Shown here: positions 49,330 to 63,139 of the stretch, in pieces
Position numbering within the stretch: the first letter of the stretch is position 1
Layout of the letters: each line of letters starts with the position of its first letter
Assembly: GCF_001194135.2 (NCBI RefSeq)
Contig: NC_068999.1
Span: 4,372,298-4,436,297, forward strand
Direction: 5' to 3'
Source of the DNA: Octopus bimaculoides
Taxonomy: Eukaryota
DNA: 64,000 bases
The notes under the pieces: generated by a model
What the model was told of the DNA's origin: nothing
Seen by the model: the letters and a program-made list of their open reading frames with translations, nothing else
Databases searched by the model: none
Position numbers and translations under genes: made by a program

Positions 49330-50237
49330 TTCAACTGGTAGCACTTGCATGTGCAAGTTGTTTGCAAAACATCAGGATGCGATCAGTAAATTGTTGCCAT
49401 TTTATATTTTCAATTTCACGCATGCACATTGTTTGTATTCAATTTTGTTGACTACACAGTATGGTAGGGTCAGTTGGGCACCATCTGTGAGAAAAATAGC
49501 ACCATGACACAATTCACTCTGTCAGAAATTTGAAAACGACATGCTGTACTGCTTGGCATTCATGCTGGAAGTTCCAATACGAACATCAGAGGGTTTGGGT
49601 GTCAATCTGAGGACATGTATAAAAATCAGAGAGTGATAAAAATCAGACATCCAGTTGACATCATGGTGTTTAGAGGGATCACTAGTGATGGTGATGTTAT
49701 GCCCACCACGCGACCTCACACTCAACACGGAAGCCTACATCAAGTGCCTGGAGGAGGTAGCGCTGCCCTGGGTCAAGAGAGTGGCTGCTGGAAGACCCTA
49801 CGTCTGGCAACAGGACTCTGCACCATGCCACACAAGCAGGAGGACCCAGTCCTGGCTGTCAGACAATTTCTGCAACCACATCACCCCTAACATCTGGCCA
49901 CCTAACTACCCAGACTGCAACCCCCTTCATTATTATGTGTGGGGAGCAGTTGAGTGAGAGAGCAACAAAACTCCCTATAACACTAAAGATAAACTGAAGG
50001 CAAGGATTATGGCAGCATTCACCAACTTAAACAAGGAGACCGTCCAGAAGACTTGCAGAAGATTCTGAAGTCGTCTGGAGGCTGTGGTTGAAGCCAATGG
50101 CGATTCTATTGAATAAATTTACTCTTTAGTATTTCAAGATATTTTTATGTAATTTTGGTAAATATATTTGTTAAAATAAGATGTCAGTGTTATTTTCATT
50201 TTTGCATATATTTAGACAGTTTATTCACTGCACCCTG
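49330..50237 (+). mobile_element. maT (DD37D) Tc1/mariner element relic with internal deletion; right TIR ends ...cactgcaccctg|TA
   Basis: KIRHPVDIMVFRGITSDG; YIKCLEEVALPWVKRVAAGRPYVWQQDSAPCH...WPPNYPDCNPLHYYVWGAVE has 37 residues between the second D and the third catalytic position (now H). C-terminus SRLEAVVEANGDSIE*. Confidence 0.88.
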
Positions 50238-50499
50238 TATGTTTGTATGTATGTATGTATTTATGTCTATATATGTATGTATGTATTTATATATATATAA
50301 AATCATTGCTTAATGTCCACTTTGCCATGCATATATGAATCAGACAAAATTTGTTTTCTACAGGCAGGTACCATTCCTTTCACCATCCCGTACCATTTTC
50401 CAAGGCCTGATATGTTTTCCATAGAAGATGGCAAACACTGCTTGTATGACAGTGATCTCGTTTACAACAATCACATGAAGCCAAGACAAGGTATGCACT

Positions 50500-50660
50500 A
50501 ACACACACACATACACAGGCTTCTTCCAAATCCATTCACAAGGTTTTTGTAGGCCCAGGGCTAGAGTAGAAGACCCTTACCCAAAGTGCCGTGCAGAGGG
50601 GATGAAATCAAGACCAAGTTGGGTCGAGAATCAAGCTTCTTAACCGCGCAGCCACGTCTG
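50500..50660 (-). mobile_element. SINE head, reverse orientation (diverged)
   Basis: ccaaatccattcacaagg...gtagaagacccttacccaaagtgcc...aagcttcttaaccgcgcagccacg. Confidence 0.65.
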
Positions 50661-51025
50661 CAGTTATGAAAATACATACACACATCCATACATAGACATA
50701 TACATAGCTACACACACACACACACACACATTTATATACATTAATAAATACACATCCATATACACAAATATACATATATTTATATACTTAAAAACACAAA
50801 AGTATATACATATATACAAATATATATATATATAAATATGCACACACACATTATATATACAAACACATACACACGCGTGCGCTTACGTGTATATATGTGT
50901 GACTGTTTATCCATTTATACAAATGTATTTAACACACCATATGTGTGCGCGTCAGCTCCTTCAAGAGAAATTTTAGCGGTATTTTGAAGTAACGTTATAC
51001 AAACGCACGCATACAAATATTATAT

Positions 51026-51089
<64 letters not shown>

Positions 51090-51267
51090 CATCAGAGTCA
51101 TCCGTTAAATATGTACTTGTGTGTGTGTGTATTTATCCTAGTACGTCTACGTGTATATGTAAGCTTGCTTTGTAGTACAACAGTATACACCCATCGTTTA
51201 TATATACCTAGTATACAATCATCACACACACACATACCTAACAATATATATTTAACGTATTTATGCG

Positions 51268-51342
<75 letters not shown>

Positions 51343-51660
51343 TATATGTGTATGTGTCGGCGTGTCGAAGGCATTTTCATAAATATAGCAACGTCAACAG
51401 AAAGAACGAGTATTGCATGTCTGTTGTATACTTATACATAAATATATATATGTATATAGATTAGTTGTGTGTGTGTGTATGCGTATATACAATACCTTGC
51501 TTTTGGTGACAATCGAAGGTAAACGACACAGAATGTATCGGTTTTCCAAATAGTGTTTGTAGATAGGTCTGGAGATCATACAACAGATGGTCACACACAC
51601 ACACCCATTTCAATGTATAAGCAGGTAGAGATACATATACACGCATTCTCTCTCTCTCCC

Positions 51661-51724
<64 letters not shown>

Positions 51725-52403
51725 CACGAGTAATAATTCCACAGCAAGTGATTTTAACTTTTATCAATACGATATGTACTAATCGATGTCTCCCTATCTG
51801 TGTATGTATGTATGTATGTATATATATACATATATATACACACACAACAAACACGATATAATGTGCGTGCGTGTTTAATTTAAGTACGTGGACAAAAAAC
51901 CGAGAAAGGAAGGGAGAGAGGTGTGGGGTGGGGTGATCTCTGGTTCCTGACGAAAGTTTGAGAATGGGTTTGGTGTGTGTGTATACATATATACATATAT
52001 ATATATATACATACATACATACATACATACATACAGCACTCTATGTACGTGTCATATATGTATGTACCTATTACAAGAAACACTTGTTAACTATAAGAAC
52101 CCCGGTCGTCTCTTTTAATCTTTCGGTTTCCTTGCGTTTATTGGCATCCTATATACACACACCAAATCCTTTCTGCCTAATAAACATATCGATACATCTA
52201 CCGTACGTAGTGTATACATGCCAAGATACATACACACCCACCCGTTGATGAATATAACAATATATATATATACACATATATATATAATTATACACACACC
52301 TACGTATGTCATCACATCACCTATACATACATGCATTAAACAATGCCCACACGTTGAAGTAAATATATATATACAGAGAAAAAGTAGGAGTGACAGTCAG
52401 ACA

Positions 52404-52454
<51 letters not shown>

Positions 52455-52910
52455 GTCATTGTATAAACACCTGTCGATACACGTATATACAGCTTCATTT
52501 GGGTGTACTGTTATATCATTATACACACCAGTTGAAGTGTATATATACATATTCATTTATTTACCTGTACAATATGTTAACATATGTCACCGAACAGCCA
52601 GCTGCCAAGCCATACATATACACGTATAACACACATATATACATACATATATATAGATAATATCTATATATATGTATGTATATATCTATTAGATATATAC
52701 ATACAGACAATGATGTACACACACATAGCTATATATGGACAATATAGACATTGATGTGTATACATACATGTATTCTACACATGCATATATCACGGTTTAC
52801 ACGTCGTTTCCCATCAGTGACCATATATATTAAACATACTGCAGGCGTATATTAGGATTTACAGTTATAGACACATACGTGTATTACGTGTATGTGCCTA
52901 GGTATAGCTA

Positions 52911-52941
<31 letters not shown>

Positions 52942-53019
52942 GTTTGTGTGTGGATGAGTGTATGAATGGGAAGAAAGGGATGAGTGTAGGTGACTTGGTT
53001 TTTCTGTCTTTCCATCATC

Positions 53020-54513
53020 TGAGAGAATGAGATGAAAAGGAAAGACAGAGAGAGTGAGAAGATGAAAGGGAGAGACAATGACTGAGAGAGATAGAGAAAG
53101 AGACACAAACAGAGAGAGATGTTGAGAGAAAGAGAAAGGTAGATGAAGAGAGAGAGAGAGGAAGTAAAAGAAAAAGAGAGACGGGCCTAAAGAGAAGAAG
53201 AAAGATGAAGAGCAGAGAGAAAAGAAAGAATGAAAGAGAGAATGACAGGTTTGGTGACAGCAAACGTGTGAGAGAGAGATAGAGAGAGAGAGGAGAGATA
53301 GAGAGAGAGTGATGTTTGTCGGTGTGAAGTGTTTCGCTGGAATCCGCCGTCCTGAGATGCTGAAATAAAATACAATAACAACAATGACAACAACAATCAA
53401 TCAATAGGAGTCGGTGCGGGGGGGGGGGGGGGACGAAAGCAATGGAAGGGAGCCAAAGAAACATGCAATGAATGGAAGAAGCGAACACTTGCTCCTACCT
53501 TTTACTGCTTACTCCGCTGCCATTTTGAATAGTGAGCTAAATATTAGGCGCAAGGACTGATGGGAGATTTCTCGCGCTCTCTCTCTCTCTCTATTTGTTT
53601 TGCTTTCCTTCTTTTACTCTTTCCCTCTCTCTCTATTTTGCTTTCTTTCTTTCACTCTTTCTCTTTCTCTCTGTTTTACTTTCTTTCTATTACTCGTTCC
53701 CTCTCTCTCTGTTTTACTTTCTTTCTATTACTCTTTCTCTCTCTCTCTATTTTGCTTTCCTTCTCTTACTCTTTTTCTCTCTCTCTCTCTCTGTTTTGCT
53801 TTCCTTCTTTTACTCTTTCTCTCTCTCTCTCTCTCTATTTTGCTTCCCTTCTTTTACTCTCTCTCATCCTCTCTGTCTTTCTGTCACTGTTTTTTTTTCT
53901 CCTATTTCTTTTCCTTTCTCTCTCTCTCTTTTACTCTTAGTTTTTCCCTCCCTTACGTTTGCTTTTTCCCTCTCTCCCTCTCTTACTATCTCTCTTCCTT
54001 TTACTCCCTTCCTCTCACCTTTCTTTTCCACTCTTTTATTCCCTCTTTCTCACTGTTTGTTCTTGTTACTCTTTTCTTTTGACAATCTTACCTTTCCTCC
54101 TCCTCCCTCTCTCTTCTTTCTATTCTTTCTCTCATATTTTATCCTTTTAGATCTTCCACATTCTCTGTCTCTTTCTCTCTTCCCCACTCTCTCTCTCTTA
54201 GAGTCTCTGTCTCTTTTACTTCTCTCTCTCTCTCTATGTCGCTTTTACCGTCTCGCCTTTACTCCCCTCTCATTATCAATTTACTCCCCCTCTTTCAGCC
54301 ACTTTACTTTCTTTCTATTTTCATTCCCCTCCTCTAACTCTCACTCTTACCTTCCGTCTTTTACTTCTCCCTCATTGACATTTTCCTTTTTCTTTTCACA
54401 CTCTCTTTTTCGCTCTCTCTATCGTCTCTCCCCTTCCCTGTTCTATCTTCTCTAGTTTTCTTTTCCCTCTCCCCCTTCTCTGTCAGCGTTTTCTTTAACA
54501 CCTCTCTATCTAT

Positions 54514-54564
<51 letters not shown>

Positions 54565-54695
54565 CCTATCTGTCTGTCTGTCTATCTGTCTGTCTATTTA
54601 TGTACCCATCTATCTCTCTCTCTCTTTCTCTCTATCTATCGATCTATCTATCTGTCTGTCTGCCTGTCTGTCTCTCTGTCTGTCTATTTATCTAC

Positions 54696-54775
<80 letters not shown>

Positions 54776-54788
54776 GATCTATCTATCG

Positions 54789-54827
<39 letters not shown>

Positions 54828-54960
54828 GATCTATTTTCCTCTCTCTCTCTCTCCTATCTATCTACCTATCTATCTATCGATCTATCTATCGATCTATCTA
54901 TCTACCTCTCTGTTTCTCTGTCTGCCTACCTGCCTGTCTTTCCCTTCCCTTTTAAAATCT
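53020..54960. repeat. GA-rich tract (53020-53310) and long CT-rich/(CTAT)n low-complexity tract (53570-54960) flanking a short unique island
   Basis: Strong purine/pyrimidine strand asymmetry that switches polarity around 53400-53570. Confidence 0.9.
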
Positions 54961-55714
54961 TTTCCCCTCTCAAAGGGAAAAAACCCAGGTGAACCACTAA
55001 CATGAATTCTAAGAATTCCAGATGATGATAAATGGAAAAAGAAACAAAACAAAAACAAAGAAATTCTTAACGAATTGAAATTTGCCACTTAGTTGGAGAA
55101 AGAGAACAAAACACTGGCGTTTCCCCTTGCTTCTCAAAAGGAAGGGGAGATAATTTAAAGGAATTAGCTCGATGTAGGTTCTAGTCATATTAGACCTCTT
55201 CAGCAAAGTATAGTTTTTTTTCTCAAATTTGCTTTGATCAATGATTAGAAAAGTGTTTCTGCAAGTAATAAAAAGTGTTGTTTGCAAGGTAGCTTATATG
55301 GCATGAATTTAAATTACTATTCTGCAAGATTATGGTGAGGCACAGAATGGTAAATACAACAATATGTTCTTATCAGAGATTAGATTTTCTGCACTTGTTT
55401 TGTGCATCAGTCATTTTACAGACTCTGTGTGTGTGTACGTGTACGTGTGTGCGTGTGAGTGTGTGTGTGTGCGTGTGTGGGTGTGTGTGTTTGTGTGTGG
55501 GTGTGTGGGTGTGTATTTGTAGGTGTGTGTGTGTTTGTGCGTGTGTCTCTGTGTATCTTTGTGTGCGTGTGTCTCTGTGTATCTTTGTGTGTGTTTGTAT
55601 TTGTGTGTTTGTGTGTGTGTGTTTGTATTTGTGTGTTTGTGTGTGTATATGTGCATGTGCTTCTGTGTTTGTGTGTGTGTGTATTTATTTGTTTGTTTGT
55701 TTATTAATATATGG

Positions 55715-55860
55715 TAGACGTTCAAATTCTGCCGAGGTCAACTTTGCCTTTCATCCTTTTGGGGTCGACAAATTAAGTACCAGTTGCATACTGGGGTTTA
55801 TCTACTCGACAGGCCGCCTCTCCAAAAATTTCGGGCCTTGTGCCCAGAGTAGAAAAGAAT
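55715..55860 (+). mobile_element. 5'-truncated SINE (same family)
   Basis: gttcaaattctgccgaggtcaactttgcctttcatcc...cgggccttgtgcccagagtagaaaagaat. Confidence 0.8.
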
Positions 55861-56469
55861 CTATGGCAGAAGTAACAGAGTGACTCAAAAATACTTTGTA
55901 AACATTTAGTCGATACCCTCACCACCACCACCACCACCATCCCCGCTGCCATCGTCGTTGCTGTCATCATCATCATCATCATCATGAACAGCACCACCAC
56001 CTCCACGATTAAACTAGTGTTTGCAGATACCAACGTTGCCCTTTCCGATGCAATGTCTTGAGTCTTATCAGCTGCATCACAAATTGATTGCTTCACATCC
56101 TTCACAATTTTACTCTCTCTCTCTCTCTCTTTTTTTTTTTTTTTTTTTCCTTTCTGTCCAGAGCCTCCTCTCTGTCAATCATCATGAGAGTAAGTGCTAG
56201 TCTTTAATCTCAATCATTTCCTCTTTAACTACATCCTTGTATCTCATTCAATGGCTGGGAGTTGTGGGTCTGTCCTGATGTCTTCTAATTCCATTTTATG
56301 GTTCAAAATCGTACAAAAACAAAAGCTAAGACAGGTGACGGAAACAACAAACAAGATTCTTCCATTTCACCTGATCATCAAACGAATGCATCATCCTTGT
56401 TGTTCTCTCACCTGCTTCTGGCTTTCGTTGTCTTTTCTTTTTGTTTGTTTTTCCATACAATTTTGAACA

Positions 56470-56470
56470 G

Positions 56471-56507
<37 letters not shown>

Positions 56508-56640
56508 TATCGTATAACATCTGTTTTCTATGCTGGCATGGGTTGGACAGTTTGACAGGAGCTGACCAGCTGAAGGGCTGCCCGAGTTCCATGTCTGTTT
56601 CGGCATGGTTTCTACGGCTAGATGCCCTTCCTAACACCAC
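56470..56640 (-). mobile_element. (ATG)n-tail SINE
   Basis: (cat)n...ttttctatgctggcatgggttggacag...gatgcccttcctaacacc. Confidence 0.75.
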
Positions 56641-56650
56641 ATATATAACA

Positions 56651-56870
56651 ACTAGCTGCTCGACCCGGCGTTGCTCGTGTTTTCTGCATTGAAGTTAAGC
56701 CCACCTCTGACTTTGTATTGAATAAGCATTTCCTTAGAGACTATTGATTTTGTTGAAATTTTACACGTGAAAAAATGCAAAAAGCTGCAGGAAAAATAAC
56801 ATCGTTATGGGAATTTCCATTCAAACACCCGATTGAGCTCACAAAAATCGATGCCAACTGAGCATTATCG
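56651..56870 (+). mobile_element. Possible Helitron/Helentron-derived non-autonomous element 5' end
   Basis: Begins actagctgctcgacccggcgttgctcg, resembling the ACTAGC...CCCGGCGTTGC.CG termini of HINE/Lep1-type elements; no 3' end recognised. Confidence 0.35.
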
Positions 56871-56871
56871 C

Positions 56872-56928
56872 GGTACATGCATCACAACCAGGTACATGCA
56901 TCACAACCAGGTACATGCATCACAACCA
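56872..56928. repeat. Perfect 19-bp tandem repeat x3 (ggtacatgcatcacaacca)
   Basis: Units at 56872, 56891 and 56910. Confidence 0.95.
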
Positions 56929-57774
56929 TATGTGCACGACATGGTGACCTCATATCAAGATAAATAGCACATGACCTCGCAGGTGGGGGCCAGTTAGAAT
57001 TTTCTTCAGGTCGAGTTGCTCATCCCACTCAAAAGGTCCCTGAATAAGGTTTGTTTAAGGATGTTGAGCAAAACACCTATGTTTCCAAAGGTGAATTATT
57101 CAAACCCCAAAGAACTCCTCTCAACACATGGCTATGATGCACCCCCACTACTTCTGCTCATCATCAGAGAATTACATATCGTCAGCCACCAAGGGACATG
57201 CTCAACTGGTTAAGGACAAACACCTGACATGCAAATACGCTCATATTCTGGTTACTTGTGAGTATCCTTTAGCTCTACACGATATCCTGCAGCAAAAGAG
57301 AACTCACGTACCAGTTCCTATATATCTATAAACACACACGTGTTGGCAGCGAAATCTTATAAAATTACAATGTTCTAAAAGATGTACATGTTTATATGTT
57401 ATATATAAGAATAAAAAATTAACTTCGTCAGTCATTATCTAAAAATAAATACATATATATATANNNNNNNNNNNNNNNNNNNNNNNNNNNNNNNNNNNNN
57501 NNNNNNNNNNNNNNNNNNNNNNNNNNNNNNNNNNNNNNNNNNNNNNNNNNNNNNNNNNNNNNNNNNNNNNNNNNNNNNNNNNNNNNNNNNNNNNNNNNNN
57601 NNNNNNNNNNNNNNNNNNNNNNNNNNNNNNNNNNNNNNNNNNNNNNNNNNNNNNNNNNNNNNNNNNNNNNNNNNNNNNNNNNNNNNNNNNNNNNNNNNNN
57701 NNNNNNNNNNNNNNNNNNNNNNNNNNNNNNNNNNNCTGTGAACTTAGAAAGTTAACTTATATTGAAAGTTATAC

Positions 57775-57970
57775 ATTCGAAGTGGCGAGCGGGCAGAACC
57801 GTTAACACTTTATGTTGTGAGTTCAAATTCGGTCGCGGTCGATATTTAGCCTTTCATTTTTTTCGGGTTTGATGAAATAAGGACCAGTTGAACAGTGGAG
57901 GCGACGTAATTGACTGGTTCCCTTCTTTTAGGAAAATTTCAGGTCTTGTGAAAGGACTATTGTAGAAAGG
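57775..57970 (+). mobile_element. SINE (same family, diverged)
   Basis: ggcgagcgggcagaaccgttaacac...gagttcaaattcgg...tttcaggtcttgtg. Confidence 0.7.
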
Positions 57971-59007
57971 GCTACATATACACTCACTGGCGTATACATA
58001 CACGTACCTAAGTACACACACAACTGCATTTAACTGGAAGCACGCAATCACACACACACACACACACACACACACAAAGACATACACACACACACACACA
58101 CGCTCGGACATACATAAACATACACATGCACCTACAAGTATTAAACGGATACACTCATTCACGCACTACCTTTCTCTCTCTTTCTCCCCTCTTACTCTCT
58201 CTCTCACGTCATGACACTCACTCATACATACATACACACATACACACTCACATACACACATGCATACATACATACACACTCACATACACACATGCATATA
58301 TACATACACACATGCATACGCACATGCATACATTGACCTATTTTAACAGCTTTTTCTATGTCTCCTCTCTTTTATAGTTCCTAACAACGTCTGCACCGCG
58401 GCACAAACGCGTGCCATCAATCGCTCGCAGACGTGTCACGAGTCTCTGAGGAAGAAACCTGGAAATATCAAGAATTACACAGAATTAAAAAAAAAAANNN
58501 NNNNNNNNNNNNNNNNNNNNNNNNNNNNNNNNNNNNNNNNNNNNNNNNNNNNNNNNNNNNNNNNNNNNNNNNNNNNNNNNNNNNNNNNNNNNNNNNNNNN
58601 NNNNNNNNNNNNNNNNNNNNNNNNNNNNNNNNNNNNNNNNNNNNNNNNNNNNNNNNNNNNNNNNNNNNNNNNNNNNNNNNNNNNNNNNNNNNNNNNNNNN
58701 NNNNNNNNNNNNNNNNNNNNNNNNNNNNNNNNNNNNNNNNNNNNNNNNNNNNNNNNNNNNNNNNNNNNNNNNNNNNNNNNNNNNNNNNNNNNNNNNNNNN
58801 NNNNNNNNNNNNNNNNNNNNNNNNNNNNNNNNNNNNNNNNNNNNNNNNNNNNNNNNNNNNNNNNNNNNNNNNNNNNNNNNNNNNNNNNNNNNNNNNNNNN
58901 NNNNNNNNNNNNNNNNNNNNNNNNNNNNNNNNNNNNNNNNNNNNNNNNNNNNNNNNNNNNNNNNNNNNNNNNNNNNNNNNNNNNNNNNNNNNNNNNNNNN
59001 NNNNNNN

Positions 59008-59062
<55 letters not shown>

Positions 59063-59080
59063 CATACACACATATATAGA

Positions 59081-59126
<46 letters not shown>

Positions 59127-59534
59127 TATATATATATACATATATATATAGACATGTACACATACGACTACATTATTTTAGTTATAGATGTCTCACCACA
59201 TTACACACCCCCACACACTAACATTAACACACACACGTACGTATGTATGTATGTATGTATGTACGTATATATATGTATACGCACACACACACACACGCAT
59301 ATACATATAAGCATATACGTACACACACTGCTAATCGCTTAGCTTAGCAGTTAAACATTTTGCTTACCCACAGAGAAAAAAATAACTGGTCTACGTGTAA
59401 CATAGCCACAGCCATGGTGGTGGTGGTGGCGACTGTGGTGAGGGGAGGAGAGATGGTAGCGGTGATGGTGTTGATGCTGGTGGGGGTTGTGGTGGTGGTA
59501 GTGATGTATTTAGGGGTTTATTTCATACCCTTGT

Positions 59535-59745
59535 TTCTTATTGTTTAGCCCGAGTACAGCCCAGGGTCCAGCAAAGAATTGATCAAAGTCTTTCTAGCCG
59601 TGACCACCCTGTCATCGATTCAGACACAGTGTATGTAGGATCACATTATTTAATGTGTCCTGAACTGCTTTTTTTTAAAAATTTTTTTATTCTTAAAGAT
59701 GGTCGGGTGTGATTTCAGGGAGGTGTGGCTGTTATTTTTAGCAAC
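59535..59745 (-). repeat. Same interspersed repeat, reverse orientation
   Basis: ttgtttagccc...gatcaaagtctttctagccgtgacc...gtgatttcagggaggtgtggctgttattttta. Confidence 0.65.
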
Positions 59746-59784
59746 AACATAAAGTATTTCCCGTAGACACAGGCTATGGTGTTG

Positions 59785-59873
59785 GTGATGACGACGAAGA
59801 TGATGATTGTGATGATTGTGGTGGTGGTGATGATGATGATGACGATGACGACGATGATGACGATGATGACGAC

Positions 59874-59911
<38 letters not shown>

Positions 59912-59986
59912 GGATGATGATGATGATGATGATGACGACGACGATGATGACGATGATGATGACGACGATGCTGATGATGATGATGA
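59785..59986. repeat. (GAT/GAC)n microsatellite
   Basis: Direct reading; explains the poly-M and poly-S pseudo-ORFs. Confidence 0.95.
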
Positions 59987-60079
59987 TTTGTCCAAGGGCG
60001 GGGTGCAGATAGTGTCCACCTTATTCATAGTCTCTCCCAGGCTGGTGAGAATGGTTAACTAATCAGTTGACATCTCTCT

Positions 60080-60674
60080 AAGTGAATATCGCGAGAAGGC
60101 GAGGGTTTCGAGGGTTGGCCCCAACTGGATGGAAGGGGTTGCTGTTGTCCCCGAAGTTGCTTTTTAAAACACAATATTCTGAACGTTTTTTTGTTATATA
60201 TCGGGAAGGTCATTACGCCAATAATAAACACGCACTGATTCTCTTTCACTTTTCCCATCATTATTAGCTTATTCGGTAAACTACTTAATCGATTCAACTA
60301 ATCGATTGCTTGGTTAATCGATCTGTCAACGAAGACACTTGCAAACCAAGTACGAAATAGTCTGAAGGTTAGAGTTTACGCTGAAAGAGGGAGTTTACTG
60401 AAGGAGAACATCAATAGAGAAATCAGAGAAGAGGACTTTGAAACCCCTGAGGGTGTTATGGTGCAAGGTTTGGAAAGAGCTCGGGCGAGCGAAGCCGAAG
60501 ATGGCCGCCGTTCAAGCGACGTCATTTTCCATAAACGATGCAGCGCTGTTGCAAATTGGTGAATGTTAATTTCCATTATGTCCTTTATATTGTATCGAAA
60601 TTTCATGCATTTATTTGTACAGTTAAGGAAGGTAATTAGAAATTGAAACCCATCAGTGACTTTTGGATACCCTG
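60080..60674 (+). mobile_element. 3' end of a Tc1/mariner-superfamily element (rosa/DD41D-like), decayed; right TIR ...ttttggataccctg|TA
   Basis: 60362 onward translates LKVRVYAERGSLLKENINREIRE...GVMVQGLERARASEAEDGRRSSDVIFHK, the C-terminal pattern of this group; an ISREG..WP-like motif lies near 60086. Confidence 0.65.
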
Positions 60675-60968
60675 TATATATATGTATATACACACATATA
60701 TATATATATATACATACATGCATACATCACTCTGTACTCATTTCTAACACAATGAAGGTTGTATTTGATGCATTGTACTATTATGTTATTGTACTACAAA
60801 ATAAACAAAAAAGTCTGTGCGTGCGTGCGTGCGTGCGTGTGTGCGTCCGTGTGTGTGAGTGCTTGTGCGTGTATACATACGAGTCGGGGATGTTCGTGGT
60901 GGTGGTGAGACTAATGTGCGTGTAGATATAAATATCAGATGATTGCACATATAAATAGTGCTATGTAT

Positions 60969-61004
<36 letters not shown>

Positions 61005-61229
61005 ACATACAAACATGTATATATGTCTCGTTGGATGTGGAGCGAAGAGGGTGTCCTGCCAACCAGGTTTAACAGAGGGAGCAGCCGTTGAAGCTGACAG
61101 CAGTATGATGGAGCGACTGAAGACACAAAGGCAGGGGAGGCCCCTGGGTTAGCCAGGAATTACTGCTGGAGGCTTAAAGTGTCTGGAAGATGTGGGCATG
61201 GGCTAGCAGACTGGTACTCCGTCGGTTAC

Positions 61230-61535
61230 GATGATGAGGGCCCCTACATACCGCAACCAACGGAACAGCCTGCTCGTGAAATCAACGTGCAAGTGGCTGA
61301 ACACTCCGCAGACACGCATACGCTTAACGTAGTTCTCAAGGAGATTCAGCCTGACACAGGGTGTGACAAGGCTGGCCCATTGAATTACAGGTACAACTCA
61401 TTTTTGTCAGTTGAGTGGAGTTGAGCAATGTTAAATGAAGTCTTGTTCAAGAACATAACGCGCTACCGGGAATCGAACTCACGAACCTACGATCTGGAGC
61501 CGAATATCCAACCCACTAAACCATGCGCCTTCATG
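61230..61535 (-). mobile_element. tRNA-headed SINE, uninterrupted copy
   Basis: Reverse complement begins gaaggcgcatggtttagtggttggatattcggc...gtgagttcgattcccgg (A and B box-like); same family as 14838-15420 and 39440-39660. Confidence 0.8.
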
Positions 61536-61559
61536 GGCTAATAATCTCAATATCAAATC

Positions 61560-62642
61560 AGGAGTCACAAGAGGGTGTCACACCCACTGTCTGGCGAAGC
61601 AGTAGCGTCGTCATCTGTTACAAAAGGGATGCACTTTAGTGATACGAAACTGTTGGACCAGGGAACGAAAGTTACTGAAAAAATTGTGGGTTGTTGGTCG
61701 AACAGGGAATTAACCGAGATGAGATGTGGTTCGGCTTTATGGCCGAAATACAGCTGACATCATCCGCTGACAGGACTCTTTGCTTTGTTAAGTGAAGTGT
61801 GGAGGATAATCATCGCTGCAAGGTCTCTGACATAGCAGAACAAATTGGTATGAGTCCCAGAACAGTTGTCAGGTATCTCCACAAACTTGGCTACTATGGC
61901 AGAGCAGCAAGAAGGAAGCCACTTCTTCGACCAGCCAATATCTAGTGGAGAAAACATTGGGTCGGTGAGATGATGGGATACTGTCATATTCTCTGATGAG
62001 TTCAGGTTTTGTTGTATTTTCTGAATGTGGTCGAATGTGGGTCTGGAGACTCTGTGATCAAGAATTTAATGTGAAAAGATTGCTGCCAACAATGAAACAA
62101 GGCGGCTATTTTGTGATGGTCCGGGGAGCAATTTGGAGCAATGGTCAGTCAGAGCTGGTGGAGTTTGATGGAAACATATACTCAGAAAAATATATGATCA
62201 TAATGCAGGACTCCTTCCAATCTTCTGCAGTAGTGAAACGATTAAAGAAGTCTCTTTATTTATGGAAGATGGGGCTCTTTGTCACACGACTAAAAAGACC
62301 CAAGATTTGTTGGATGAGAATGGCATTAAAAAACTTTCATGGCTAAGCCAGTCACCAGATATGAACCCTATTGAACACCTCTGGGACATTCGACAAGACA
62401 CTTCGTAAAAAGAACAAGAAAGCTTCCTCAAAGCCAGACCTTTTGAGATTACTGCATGAAACTTGGCAAGAAATTCCTCAAGAGAATATTCGTCATCTGA
62501 TCAGTAGCATGCCTAATAGGGTCTTTGCATTGAAAATGCAAAGGGCACCTCTATTAAATATTAGATATTTACATTATATTAATTGATAAATAATTAAAAT
62601 TTTAATGATCATAAGTGTGTCTATTTATTTCTGTCATGTCTG
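61560..62642 (+). mobile_element. Tc1-family (DD34E) transposon relic with frameshifts; right TIR ends ...ttctgtcatgtctg|TA
   Basis: RTVVRYLHKLGYYGRAARRKPLL; FSDE; VWRLCDQEF...TMKQGG..VMVRGAI; FMEDGALCH...SQSPDMNPIEHLW gives 34 residues between D and E. Confidence 0.9.
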
Positions 62643-62894
62643 TATAAAGATATATAGCTTTATATGTATATATCTTTATACACACACGCAACAGTATTTA
62701 TAATGGACAGTGTATATAACATTGTAAAATGTTATAAATAAACGCCAAAGTCTTGCCAAGACATAACATGGTGTNNNNNNNNNNNNNNNNNNNNNNNNNN
62801 NNNNNNNNNNNNNNNNNNNNNNNNNNNNNNNNNNNNNNNNNNNNNNNNNNNNNNNNNNNNNNNNNNNNNNNNNNNNNNNNNNNNNNNNNNNNNN

Positions 62895-62950
<56 letters not shown>

Positions 62951-63139
62951 CTTGATTTTCAAACCGGAGAAATAGAACGCAATACACAGAGCAGAAAGTA
63001 CACAGTGACACATAAGAGAACATACATACATACATACATGCATACATACATATAAACGTACATACATACATACATATCATACATACATGCATACATACAT
63101 GCATACATACATATAAGCGTACATAAGGAACGTTTGTGG

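Noticed and set aside
57380-57440. Minus-strand ctgacga...aaacatgtac
   Set aside because: Missing G12, AT-rich unpaired stem II and out-of-register stem I.
60280-60325. Three TAATCGAT motifs (Cut/Onecut-like)
   Set aside because: They lie within a decayed transposon region; no independent evidence of function.
3552-61535. tRNA genes or CRISPR arrays
   Set aside because: The tRNA-like A/B boxes are SINE heads without a full cloverleaf, and no repeat-spacer array exists; this is eukaryotic DNA.
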